The translations under genes were made by a program, and so were the position numbers. From a virus, in IMG/VR virus record IMGVR_UViG_3300025131_000014, positions 26,317 to 90,316 of that record: a stretch of 64,000 nucleotides of DNA. The stretch is one strand, 5' to 3'. The notes below the pieces were generated by a model that was not told the DNA's origin, did no database searches, and saw only the letters and a list, made by a program, of their open reading frames with translations. Below are positions 27,001 to 35,701 of this stretch, piece by piece. Every line of letters starts with the position of its first letter. Position 1 is the stretch's first letter.

Positions 27001-29490
27001 ACCACTATCAGAAGTGACTGCTATTCCTGGTCTACATATGCAGTTATTAGGATCATTGCCTTCACATTTAAAACAATTAGCTCTCCCTGGCGCTGGAGCT
27101 TCATCAGTTCCCGCTTCAGCTGCTGCTCCGTATCCTATATATGAGGTTTTATCATAACATCCATCTCCACCCATAGCTGGATAAGTTTCTAGATGAGCGG
27201 CCCATCCTTTAGGACCTACAGGTGTAATTCCATATCCTTGTGGATCACTCCCATCTCCTACTGGTTTTGTAGCACTTTCTCCTTCCTTTTCAACTTGATA
27301 ATAGTTATAAGTAGGAGTTTGCACAAATTGGGTACAGTCACTACAATTAAAACAGTCTCCATTTTTATTAAATTCATCTTCTGGAGATGAAAATGCAAGA
27401 TAGTTCCAATACATTAAACCTTTATCTACTACTGTTTTATTTTCATCAGTTCTATGTGCTTTAACTATTTTAAAGCCTTGTACTAAATCTTCCATAGATG
27501 CAGGACATACTATATTCTCTACATTGATGCCAACATGTGATATAAGTTGGGTTCCATTACCAACTGCAGCACCTGCATTACTAAGAGATTCTACACAAGG
27601 AACTCCTGGAGCAGGACCTCCATCATCGTTGTCACTTATAGGATATCTGAAATCAGGAGAGTAGAAGTGGGGTTCTAAGGTAGTATCAGGCATTCTATGA
27701 TGTCTGACTTTGTCCATTATAAATGGATCACCTTCTCCTCCTGTTCCTGTATAAGGATAAATAGGTTTACCGTCACATCCTATTGTGGGAGGATATTCAT
27801 AGTCTTTAGCTTCCCAATATCCCATTTGTCCTTTAGTGGATAGATCTTGGGTTCCTGAATTATAGGAAAAATCTTCTCTTAAAGCTGTATTGTATATTTG
27901 CCATCTTTCAGGAGCTGTATCTTCTAGGTGTAATCCATTATAGCCTGTTGTTCCATCACAAGGACTATCAAAATCTGTTGTATACCCAAAGGAATCCCAA
28001 CCATTTACTGCAGGAGTTGTAGGTAGTATACCTCTATGTGTTTCTGTGTATCGGGATAAAGCAGGACTTGAAAAGGTCATTCCTACTTCATAGTTTGTAG
28101 CAGCAGGACTATTTGGATCACCATCTGTTGGCATATCATCTAAAGCTAATCCATTAGCAACTCTTGCTTTTTTGTCTTTAGCTCTTCCTGGTATATGGTA
28201 TACAGGAGATTCTGTTCCATCTTTTAAGATCCATATTATACCTAGCGCATATACTTCATCACGCATATAGGTTCTTTTGGAAAAGTAGTTCTCTCCGCTC
28301 GGCGCTGAACAATCTTTAAATGTACTATGAGCTTCATCTCCTTTTTGAGCACTTGTATGATAAGTTACACCTATATTACTTGCAGCTCTTTGAAGTTCTT
28401 CATGATCAATGTAAGGAGAAGTAAGATTTCCCAGAACAAGTCTTTGGTCTATTTGCTCTATAGTTTTAGCTGTATCATAAGGTACTCTTGGAATAACCAG
28501 ATCATTAAGATCTACTGGAATAGAACTACTTATTTTTCCTCTGAGGGTATATTCTATTGAAACTCCTTCTATTGGAAGAGAATCCATAATATATGCGTCA
28601 GAAACTTCTCCATTTCCACTTACTGTTCTGATCATAGCAATATCAAGATATTCAAAACTTTGATCAAGATTATTTATAGTATACTCTATAGATTTTGTAG
28701 TTAGTTGGTGATCTTCATTATATCCCCCACTTATTTTTGTAGCTCGTTCAGGAATTCCTATTGGCCCATATGTATCAGCTGTAATAGGAATTGGATTAGA
28801 AATAGCACACCAATTAGTAGGATTTAAATCGACATCTAAATATCTTAGTGCTAATTGATACATTCCTAAAGACATGTCAAATCCTCCAGTATCGTGTATT
28901 TGTATAAAGTCAACTACAGGTACTTGATAGTCAGGAATTAGTTTAAATTGAACACAATCCCATATATTAGTAGCAGAACTACTATAAGATTGTCCAGGTA
29001 TAAGATATTGGTCTAGACTACTTATGTTTATCTCTCTTATTGGATTAAAGTTATCAGTAAAGTAAAGAACATGTTCACATCCATTTCTTATTCTATGTGT
29101 AGCTTCAATAGGGTGTCCTGCATTAAATTCCAGACAGTCGGATCTTAGAATATCTTCATAATCACATCCATTAGTTATTTTTCCTATTATTCCTGTAGCA
29201 GCGAGACCTGCGGCATTGATCGGTGCTAGGAATACTATTATTTCATCATCTGAGATATAGATGCTTCCTATAACAGTATAATTTTCAAGAACTTCTATAC
29301 ACTCTTTATTACCTAATTCATTAATAATAAATCCTAGGTTACCATCTTTGGATTCATTGACTGCGTTTAGTGCAAAACGATATGTTCCAGGTGGTTGTGC
29401 ATGCGCACTAGTATCTGTATGAAGACCTTGTTGAGGTTGTGATATCTCAACTTGGTGTAAACCATCTCCTGTTTTTTTCTTTTCTACCAT
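24001..29490 (-). CDS. Tail stabilisation / muzzle protein (P22 gp10-like, crAss Tstab), 1829 aa
   Basis: N-terminal GLHTD...YRFALNAV...NELGN and LYFTDNFNPIREIN motifs, C-terminal WTISYS...WVSFHSY, synteny after the tail tubular gene. Confidence 0.8.
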   Translation of the reverse strand: MVEKKKTGDGLHQVEISQPQQGLHTDTSAHAQPPGTYRFALNAVNESKDGNLGFIINELGNKECIEVLENYTVIGSIYISDDEIIVFLAPINAAGLAATGIIGKITNGCDYEDILRSDCLEFNAGHPIEATHRIRNGCEHVLYFTDNFNPIREINISSLDQYLIPGQSYSSSATNIWDCVQFKLIPDYQVPVVDFIQIHDTGGFDMSLGMYQLALRYLDVDLNPTNWCAISNPIPITADTYGPIGIPERATKISGGYNEDHQLTTKSIEYTINNLDQSFEYLDIAMIRTVSGNGEVSDAYIMDSLPIEGVSIEYTLRGKISSSIPVDLNDLVIPRVPYDTAKTIEQIDQRLVLGNLTSPYIDHEELQRAASNIGVTYHTSAQKGDEAHSTFKDCSAPSGENYFSKRTYMRDEVYALGIIWILKDGTESPVYHIPGRAKDKKARVANGLALDDMPTDGDPNSPAATNYEVGMTFSSPALSRYTETHRGILPTTPAVNGWDSFGYTTDFDSPCDGTTGYNGLHLEDTAPERWQIYNTALREDFSYNSGTQDLSTKGQMGYWEAKDYEYPPTIGCDGKPIYPYTGTGGEGDPFIMDKVRHHRMPDTTLEPHFYSPDFRYPISDNDDGGPAPGVPCVESLSNAGAAVGNGTQLISHVGINVENIVCPASMEDLVQGFKIVKAHRTDENKTVVDKGLMYWNYLAFSSPEDEFNKNGDCFNCSDCTQFVQTPTYNYYQVEKEGESATKPVGDGSDPQGYGITPVGPKGWAAHLETYPAMGGDGCYDKTSYIGYGAAAEAGTDEAPAPGRANCFKCEGNDPNNCICRPGIAVTSDSGGSGPIGSGGYNCWQCNQDCTTTSGGYTNYGCRKTGSPYATRQSILIGLGVALANFEPYDNFGHMSFHGFKSKVDGAKDKNQLFDHIKIEKIIFATEPLYGTYPASEVVKEGDDPPDERHAAYESTGTSYNHYGTPPFNIEQSIYQSQVSMDPDPSVVLPYTYGDINWFWRFTSFPFYNFPVSDSGGFVPADTGVTQGLGKFDFRNTRQQETYIFQGKTRFVDDDTIANSKKNICGIPYVFNNWFGLDHPSGNGFKRTPCDSSVHNTVDRANENRTTTAYYVSLKRTNLNQYGPIDDIIYVETDAEIWTGNFTEGNQNSIKIFGGDSFVDQFVFRKTFYGGACSIEGGGTANHKLHTYKSVRGIQHYVECDYNPTLRDAPDDAADKRYAPYGPTSYGIERGHGFGSQGGDYQGAYLGCEPFTGLTFAGSLSKTPFRAGCLPLCTNYYSYNPDFGAQNVLKKYFPLSQAYKYVGTFIAPYTNCNTCYFNFSTRIAYSQKSFQEERADHYRSFLANNYKDIPGESGSITRLFTQGNRLYTTTEEASWILQTSQQTLKTDTTILYVGTGDFLSLPPQKMGNTQVGYGGSVSQWASLKTELGVFVVDERAQKVFLLGSEGLTPIYNIGMRNWFENNMRYELSAQLKSLGYEGDFPYEDAPTSYVGIGYTAAYDTRHSRYILTKRDYTFTEAGAILVKNWIEGIGGADQIQLIDIYPTLRWRHVTAAGLATDLGLPELNPVWFEDKSWTISYSGLNSKWVSFHSYRPLIYIIGKNQFYSMWKNDTAESTKIYKHNEAPYHTFYGNEFPHVIELVNVKNPLQTMVYDNYHFLSEATDYDGTKNQSFDLREVTFNKALLYNEHQCTNMLNLTNKNRDQITMQQNSVINRVGEITLSRDERSWAFDGFRDLLQNRTIPIFSKNQLDKNLDPLFGTVLGGYIDKVINPPAFVDPITGSPLLTPLEQQRFRDKYLTIRLFFGNFGEEGIDLQNYKLVTNYIYPTTTISPR

Positions 29491-30452
29491 CTTACTCTAC
29501 GTCTTGTTTGATAGAAAGAAAGATGCTCAGGACTAGATAGGTTTCCAAAGAATCCATAGTATCTTTTTTCTTGGGGAATAAGTCTTTTCCATGAATCTTT
29601 CAGATTTTCCATCTCATCTATTGTACTTGGCATAAGCATTGTATTTCGTGCTTGTCTACAGTACCAATGCCAATCTTGTTCTAATTTAGCATAGATGTTG
29701 GGATTTAGAGCTCCTTGAAGAAATTCAGAATATTTTATTTTATATACAAGATATTTTTTTATTGCCTCTACATAGTGCACTGTATCTGGTATCATTGGCC
29801 ATCCATTATCATCTAAAGGCTGTCTTATAAATGCTATACAGATATGTCCTTCTTTAAAGTTAGTTTTGAGATAAGGATGATCTATTTTATATGTTAATTT
29901 AGAGGCTGATTTTAAATTAGCACAGCCGTCACAATGCATATCAGCATCTCTGAAACTTCCTGTTGCTAGTCTTATTGGAACCCATTCATTATGATATGCA
30001 GGTGTTGTTAAAAAAGGATTTCCATAATATTCTGTCCAAAGTTCTGCTAATGCTATAGTGCTCTTGTCGGTACAAGCTCCATCTGCAAAAACGAGACCTG
30101 ATTCATCACAAGGTACAGCTGGAGGACATTCACATGGATCATCAGGATGTTCTGCACAATCAGGAGGATTTCCAAACTTATCAACATATATAGGACAGCC
30201 TTTAGGTGCTCCCTCACTTATCTTTAGTCCTATCTGGAGAATCTTATGTAATCCACAAGGTATCAACACTTTGTGTTGTTCTACTACAAGGTTTTCCACA
30301 GCTTCTTCATATTGTGGATAAGCGCCTATAAATTCTAAAGCTTCAGCTGCCCATTCTATAAGATCAGCTTCACTAAGTTCCATAGCTGGCTTAAGATCTC
30401 TATAAAGACCTGAGAATACTCTACCTAAACTTATAAGTTGTGTACTTGCCAT
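29484..30452 (-). CDS. Tail tubular / ring protein (322 aa)
   Basis: IEWAAEAL..IG, PLDDNGWPMIPD and WHWYCRQA motifs; position between the IHF-like gene and Tstab. Confidence 0.7.
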   Translation of the reverse strand: MASTQLISLGRVFSGLYRDLKPAMELSEADLIEWAAEALEFIGAYPQYEEAVENLVVEQHKVLIPCGLHKILQIGLKISEGAPKGCPIYVDKFGNPPDCAEHPDDPCECPPAVPCDESGLVFADGACTDKSTIALAELWTEYYGNPFLTTPAYHNEWVPIRLATGSFRDADMHCDGCANLKSASKLTYKIDHPYLKTNFKEGHICIAFIRQPLDDNGWPMIPDTVHYVEAIKKYLVYKIKYSEFLQGALNPNIYAKLEQDWHWYCRQARNTMLMPSTIDEMENLKDSWKRLIPQEKRYYGFFGNLSSPEHLSFYQTRRRVRW

Positions 30453-30889
30453 TATTCAAAAAATTCAACTTTGTCTTCTTTTAATAGTTTTGCTAATATT
30501 CTTTTATTTGTCCTATTAGGTTTAAAAGAATATACTGATTTGTTTTTAAAGATAGCATTTGCTTTAGACCAATACCATTTATAATAATATCCGTCTGTAT
30601 GCATATTAAGATGGTATATCTTCTTATTATGCTTCTTCGTTTGCTCCCAATCTACTCTCATTGAGTTATTACGAGTAGGAAATTTCTTTATTTTAATTAA
30701 TCCTAATCTTCCTGGAACATTAAACTCATCAGCTTTTTCAATGATACTATCACTTAATTTCTGGTTGAAAGATATACATATATTCCTATAATCAAGTTTA
30801 GATAAAGCAAATCCTGAATTTTCAGGATATTCTTTTCTATACTCTTTATAAGAATCAACTAATGTATATGACTTTCTATTTTTTCTCAT
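30452..30889 (-). CDS. IHF-like DNA-binding protein (145 aa)
   Basis: Basic protein with FNVPGRLGLIKIKK, VDWEQTKK and YSFKPNR; typical crAss-like position before the tail tube gene. Confidence 0.65.
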   Translation of the reverse strand: MRKNRKSYTLVDSYKEYRKEYPENSGFALSKLDYRNICISFNQKLSDSIIEKADEFNVPGRLGLIKIKKFPTRNNSMRVDWEQTKKHNKKIYHLNMHTDGYYYKWYWSKANAIFKNKSVYSFKPNRTNKRILAKLLKEDKVEFFE

Positions 30890-31617
30890 TGTGGCTGTCT
30901 TTGTGGTTGTGGAGAAGCTAGTACTTTATCTGAAGCATTGTTAGTAGTATCTTCAGGAATAGCTTTAAATAACTGAACAAGTTCTTGAGCAGACATTTGT
31001 ACTATTGCATCCACTAAGTTACTATCTATCGGAAATTCAAGATCTGGTGGATAAGGACAGCAATCTGTTTCTTTACAAGCACAACTACATGTTGCATTAT
31101 AGGGTAAAAGTTCAACATCAACAGGATCTTCAAATATTCCTGAAATAGTTACCCATTCTAGGAGCTTATTATGAGTTATCCATAAATACTCATCTCTAAT
31201 GAAATAGTCAGCTACTTCAGATGTATACTTATCACCACTTTTATAACGTTTTCTTATCCAATTAGTCTTTCCAAATAATGTTGATCCATCCACTGTGGTT
31301 ATTGATGAAATAGCAGATCCAAATACTGTTTGAAGAGGTTTTGGTATTTTACAAAGTGATTTTAGCATCTTACAACCTTGTGGAACTACACATGGGCACT
31401 CATTGGGAGGCACAAGTGCAAGTTTCATACATTCTATAGTTTGTATGTTCCAATCGGACATTCTTCTCTTCTTATCTGCTTCTCTTCTAAGAAGTAGATT
31501 TCGAGAAGACTTTAACTTAGAATAGATATGTCGTGTTGAAAGTCTTGAGTCATTACTAGCGGGTCCTTTATTATATAAAGAACGTACTCTTGAAATAAGA
31601 TCATTGACCGTCATCAT
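30886..31617 (-). CDS. Ring/neck structural protein (243 aa)
   Basis: Motifs such as YFIRDEYLWI, VTISGIFEDP and EFPID resemble crAss-like ring proteins; synteny. Confidence 0.55.
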   Translation of the reverse strand: MMTVNDLISRVRSLYNKGPASNDSRLSTRHIYSKLKSSRNLLLRREADKKRRMSDWNIQTIECMKLALVPPNECPCVVPQGCKMLKSLCKIPKPLQTVFGSAISSITTVDGSTLFGKTNWIRKRYKSGDKYTSEVADYFIRDEYLWITHNKLLEWVTISGIFEDPVDVELLPYNATCSCACKETDCCPYPPDLEFPIDSNLVDAIVQMSAQELVQLFKAIPEDTTNNASDKVLASPQPQRQPQ

Positions 31618-31858
31618 CGTCTCCTACTTGAGTTGTAAAGCTTCTTTTCACATATTCTGCCATTACTTCTTTATCGAACTCTTCATCACAATCAGCACAT
31701 TCCTGATCATAGTCAAGCATGTCAATACGGGTAGGACTTTTCTTTTTCTTCTCCGTACTTACTTCACCTGACCAGGGATCTCCAAATTGTTCTGCGTCTC
31801 GATATATCTTACATGGCCAACAGTGAAAAGGATTATTTCCATGTTCACATTTTTCCAT
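31601..31858 (-). CDS. Small Cys/His protein, possible zinc binder (85 aa)
   Basis: CEHG...CWPC and CADC motifs; fills the gap between neighbouring genes. Confidence 0.5.
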   Translation of the reverse strand: MEKCEHGNNPFHCWPCKIYRDAEQFGDPWSGEVSTEKKKKSPTRIDMLDYDQECADCDEEFDKEVMAEYVKRSFTTQVGDDDDGQ

Positions 31859-31868
31859 AGTAAATTAG

Positions 31869-32186
31869 TTATACGGGAGTAACAATTTCTAAAGGACCTT
31901 TCCATTCACTATCATCACAATCGTAATAATATAATCCTGGAGCTTCATCTGTTGTACTCGTGTTATAAACTGTTTGTCCACAACATCCTTCACCAGGACC
32001 TCCTTGGTCTTTGTCTCCGCCTGAATATGCTGAATTTTCCCAATCCCATGCTTGGGCTTGTAAAGCTTCACAACAGCAGAAAACCTGATGCTCTAATTGA
32101 GCAATTCTTTTTTCCAGACTAGCGATTCCGCTTTTGTAAAACTTAGGTGACTCACCTGATTTTACTCTTTTATCTAATACACTCAT
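31869..32186 (-). CDS. Small fibre-associated structural protein (105 aa)
   Basis: N-terminal coiled coil ending in CCC; C-terminal GQTVYNT...LYYYD...W fibre-type motif. Confidence 0.5.
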   Translation of the reverse strand: MSVLDKRVKSGESPKFYKSGIASLEKRIAQLEHQVFCCCEALQAQAWDWENSAYSGGDKDQGGPGEGCCGQTVYNTSTTDEAPGLYYYDCDDSEWKGPLEIVTPV

Positions 32187-32225
32187 TTTTATTCAATTTT
32201 AGTTAATAATTAATATTTTGTCTTT

Positions 32226-32780
32226 TTATACTGGCCATTCTAATATTTCATACCATAGATATATATCTAAGGTTAAATCTGTTGCACCTCCTGGAGTTGG
32301 ATCTCCTCCAACTATGAGTGCTTCTAAATTACAATCATCAGCTACTTGATTAGCATTTCCTAGAAAAGGAGATGATTGTGAAGTACTAGAAATAGTTCTA
32401 GTTATACTTGCAGATATAAAGTTTCTCCATGCATAATAAGGAGTATCTACTGAAGCTCCTCCCAATTGAAATGCTAAGTCATCAAATGCTGGATTTGGTG
32501 CATATCCTGCTGTTGGTACAGTACAAGTTACAATAGCTTTTTGTGGCATTATTATTCTCCCACCTCCTGGATTTGGTACCAGTTCTACTGGTGAAGTATT
32601 TAAAGTGTCTATGTCTAGTTTAGGTATTTTTATATTTACAAATCCTTGTTCAACCAAAAGTGCTGGAGTTAAACAACATAAGCGTCTATATATTCTATTC
32701 AGCTTATTGTATAGAGTTTGTTTAGAACTCCATGACTCTACTCTCTGTACATTTGTTTTAGGGTTGTTTGTCCATCCCAT
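32226..32780 (-). CDS. Putative fibre/decoration protein (184 aa)
   Basis: N-terminal helix with CC; beta-rich C-terminal domain (LNTSPVELVPNPGGG...). Confidence 0.5.
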   Translation of the reverse strand: MGWTNNPKTNVQRVESWSSKQTLYNKLNRIYRRLCCLTPALLVEQGFVNIKIPKLDIDTLNTSPVELVPNPGGGRIIMPQKAIVTCTVPTAGYAPNPAFDDLAFQLGGASVDTPYYAWRNFISASITRTISSTSQSSPFLGNANQVADDCNLEALIVGGDPTPGGATDLTLDIYLWYEILEWPV

Positions 32781-32784
32781 GATC

Positions 32785-33021
32785 TTATGCTTTAGCTAGT
32801 TCTTTTACTTTTTTTATACCATTTTCTTTAACTCGTACACCTGCTTCACCTGGTTCTCCTTTGGGCCCATTAGGTCCTGGAACAGTAAAAGCTTGTTCAA
32901 ATTTATCTTGAAAGTATACTACTGTTTTAGCGATATTCATACCTTCAGTCTTTAAAGAAATGTTCAATAATGCTAAAAGATTGATTGCTTCGTCTTGTGT
33001 GAATTCAATTTTCTTTTTCAT
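32785..33021 (-). CDS. Small protein with a short collagen-like stretch, possible fibre chaperone (78 aa)
   Basis: Follows the fibre gene; contains GPNGPKGEPGEAG. Confidence 0.45.
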   Translation of the reverse strand: MKKKIEFTQDEAINLLALLNISLKTEGMNIAKTVVYFQDKFEQAFTVPGPNGPKGEPGEAGVRVKENGIKKVKELAKA

Positions 33022-33046
33022 TTTTTTTGTTTTTGTTTATTTATAA

Positions 33047-34453
33047 TTAAGTTAATGTTCCTACTGTACCCTGACGAGTATTTCCGCTTATAGGGTCTTT
33101 ATATTTTGCTATTAATGTAAAAGTTGGGTCTGTTCCTGTTGCATAAAAAGTTAAATCGCCAGGTTGAAAATCAATATCTGCAGGTTCAGATTGCGGTACT
33201 TTTTGATAAGTTTGGGCCTCATCTGCTGGTGTTGGTCCGCCTGGACCCGCTTTACCTCTTGCTCTGAAAGAATCATTAATACTTGTGTAATAGCTTTCTC
33301 CTGCTACTCCAGTAGTTCCTGTTGTAGGAGAATCAATAGATGCTCCTATAAGAACAGAATCTGTAACTCCTGTTGTGGCAGCTGTATTATTGTTTGCTAC
33401 ATTAAAACCAATCATTACAGAAGCTTGAAAAGCAACTGGGCCTAAATTTCCTCCACTTCCTACATGATGTCCTACCATAACAGAACGTTCTCCTGCCTGT
33501 CCTCCTGTTGCTTGAGTTAAGACTTCATGTCCTATTAGTACATTTTCACCAGATTGAGTAACAACTCCTCTATTGATATTACTTCCAATAGCAATTGTAT
33601 CATTTACAGCAGTGGCTGCTTGTAAAGCTTTATCTCCCATTATTATAGCACCTGTTCCACTAACATTTAATAAATCAGGTACACAACTTGATCCCATTGC
33701 AATTAAACCTCCTTGAAGTCCAACAGATCCTCCTGAACTTAATATATCTTTTCCTATTAATATGGCAGGATTTCCTTCTAGTAGAGTACCTCCTGTTTGA
33801 AGTATTTCATTGCCTATTGCTATATTATGTTCGCCGCCTAAATCTAATCCTTTCATTACTTCAGTACCTATTGCAATATTAAAATCAGTTGGGTAACTAG
33901 GAGATACAATAATATTTCCTAAGTTTTCCATAGCTGATACACCTATGGCAATATTATTGCTAATTGTTCTTGCTACAGTTCCTGCTCTATGTAACGCATT
34001 TATTCCCATAGCTATATTTTTATCCATAGCACTGGCAGTTGTTCCTTCGCCTACTCCCCATCCTACAAATGTATTTTGCTCTCCTTCAAGTGTTCTTCCT
34101 GTATCTTGTCCGATAAGAGTATTATAAGCGTTTGTGATAGAAGCAGGATTAGCTGCAATATCCATTGCATTACTTCCTAATACAACATTGCCTACTCCTG
34201 TTACTCCTTGTAAACTATCATTTCCTATAATAATATTATTTGATCCTACAGGTTGTGTTGTTACAGTTTTGCTCCATATTTGAGTTAAATCAGGTGTAGA
34301 AAGGTTTGTTGAGAGTATTCCTCCTCCTGTTTCTTCATCACAGCAGTTTTCTTCTATACAACAGATACGTTGTTCTATTTCCTCAAATGCAGTAACTATT
34401 GCACTTTTAGGATAAAAAGGATCTTGTAGCCCTATTTTACTAGCTAAATCCAT
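33047..34453 (-). CDS. Tail fibre/spike with beta-roll (N.AIG-type) repeats (468 aa)
   Basis: Many NIAIG/NVVLG/SVMIG repeats like trimeric beta-roll adhesin heads. Confidence 0.7.
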   Translation of the reverse strand: MDLASKIGLQDPFYPKSAIVTAFEEIEQRICCIEENCCDEETGGGILSTNLSTPDLTQIWSKTVTTQPVGSNNIIIGNDSLQGVTGVGNVVLGSNAMDIAANPASITNAYNTLIGQDTGRTLEGEQNTFVGWGVGEGTTASAMDKNIAMGINALHRAGTVARTISNNIAIGVSAMENLGNIIVSPSYPTDFNIAIGTEVMKGLDLGGEHNIAIGNEILQTGGTLLEGNPAILIGKDILSSGGSVGLQGGLIAMGSSCVPDLLNVSGTGAIIMGDKALQAATAVNDTIAIGSNINRGVVTQSGENVLIGHEVLTQATGGQAGERSVMVGHHVGSGGNLGPVAFQASVMIGFNVANNNTAATTGVTDSVLIGASIDSPTTGTTGVAGESYYTSINDSFRARGKAGPGGPTPADEAQTYQKVPQSEPADIDFQPGDLTFYATGTDPTFTLIAKYKDPISGNTRQGTVGTLT

Positions 34454-34932
34454 GGTATAAATGTTTTAATTTGCTTTCTCAATGCTATTATTATAAATAG
34501 GGCAAGGAAGAATGTCAACCATCCCCAAAATCTTCGTGCTAGTCTTTTAATAATCATAATAGTACTCATATCTCTGATCACTATCTTGTCTATTATTATA
34601 TTTTTTTCTATAAAGATAGTATCTTCTTCGCACTTTCCCTCAATATATATAAGGCTATCTTTTTTATAGTACTTGATCGTTAGTCTATCTTTAGTTATTG
34701 TTATAGTATCAGTTAACTCCTTATCTATAAAGGAAGTATCTGTTTTTACTTCAGTACTTAAGAGAGTATCTCTATATACTACTGTGTCTTTTTTTAAGAG
34801 CTGAGGATACTTTTGTGTAAGCTTAAATATCTTTCGTTCTGCTCTTTCTAATTTAGTGCTATGGATACAAGATACTAAAAAACATGCTATACTTATTAAT
34901 ATAAAACTGTTTTTAAGCGTCTTTCTTACCAT
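34444..34932 (-). CDS. Putative unimolecular spanin (162 aa)
   Basis: N-terminal lipoprotein signal (FLVSC), beta-rich middle, C-terminal TM helix (FWGWLTFFLALFIIIAL) plus basic tail; adjacent to holin-like genes. Confidence 0.7.
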   Translation of the reverse strand: MVRKTLKNSFILISIACFLVSCIHSTKLERAERKIFKLTQKYPQLLKKDTVVYRDTLLSTEVKTDTSFIDKELTDTITITKDRLTIKYYKKDSLIYIEGKCEEDTIFIEKNIIIDKIVIRDMSTIMIIKRLARRFWGWLTFFLALFIIIALRKQIKTFIPWI

Positions 34933-35152
34933 TGCTTGTGAACTTTTCTGCTGCAGTTACTCCTAACCCAACACATACTAAGTACATCATTCCATTAAAA
35001 ACAAATTCCTGAAGAGGGATTTCAAAAAAGATATTTGCTAAAAAAGCTATTGCTAATAATGAAAAGGCCATTAATGTAATAAACCTTTTACTTGATTGTT
35101 GTCCATCTACATCACTGAGTATGCTGTTAAAAAATGTTTTTATACTTGTCAT
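34913..35152 (-). CDS. Putative holin with two TM helices (79 aa)
   Basis: SSKR followed by two hydrophobic segments and a charged C-terminus. Confidence 0.6.
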   Translation of the reverse strand: MTSIKTFFNSILSDVDGQQSSKRFITLMAFSLLAIAFLANIFFEIPLQEFVFNGMMYLVCVGLGVTAAEKFTSNGKKDA

Positions 35153-35153
35153 G

Positions 35154-35456
35154 TTATTCTCCTTTAATTATACATTTGATAGCCCATCCTACTACAGCTG
35201 TTATAACTCCTCCTACAGCTGTTAGGGCTTTGTTTATCTTTGATTGCCAAACCTTTATTTCTCTTATATCACCTGCAATACCTGTATCTGCATCATGTAT
35301 CTTAGTATGGATCTCTTGAATCATTGCTTCGGTAGCAGCATGTGAATCTTCAAGTCTTTCTATTTTATCCTTCATTAAAGGAAGACTTGACTGGATATCT
35401 AGTAATTTATCCATTATTTTGTCATGATTTGTCTTTTTTGTAGGCATTAGCAGCAA
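35154..35456 (-). CDS. Coiled-coil protein with C-terminal TM helix (holin/antiholin-like, 100 aa)
   Basis: Heptad-like N-terminus and C-terminal ALTAVGGVITAVVGWAI. Confidence 0.5.
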   Translation of the reverse strand: MLLMPTKKTNHDKIMDKLLDIQSSLPLMKDKIERLEDSHAATEAMIQEIHTKIHDADTGIAGDIREIKVWQSKINKALTAVGGVITAVVGWAIKCIIKGE

Positions 35457-35701
35457 TCTTTTAAAAGTTCATATAGTTTATCAATTATTAAGCATGTCTC
35501 TTCGTGAGTTATGCATTTATCATTTAAGTTTATTCCACAAAGTATATCTACTAATACAGCTGCTAGAATAAGGTCATCTTTGATCTCATCTTCACAAGCA
35601 TTACCAATAGAAGCTCTATCAGAATAATACTCCATAAGTTTAGCCAATTGGCACCCGAAGTAACCTTGAGCATTTGTTAGATATGTTTGTGTAAGTATCA
35701 T
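35447..35701 (-). CDS. Small Cys-rich helical protein in the tail module (84 aa)
   Basis: ORF tightly overlapping both neighbours. Confidence 0.55.
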   Translation of the reverse strand: MILTQTYLTNAQGYFGCQLAKLMEYYSDRASIGNACEDEIKDDLILAAVLVDILCGINLNDKCITHEETCLIIDKLYELLKDCC

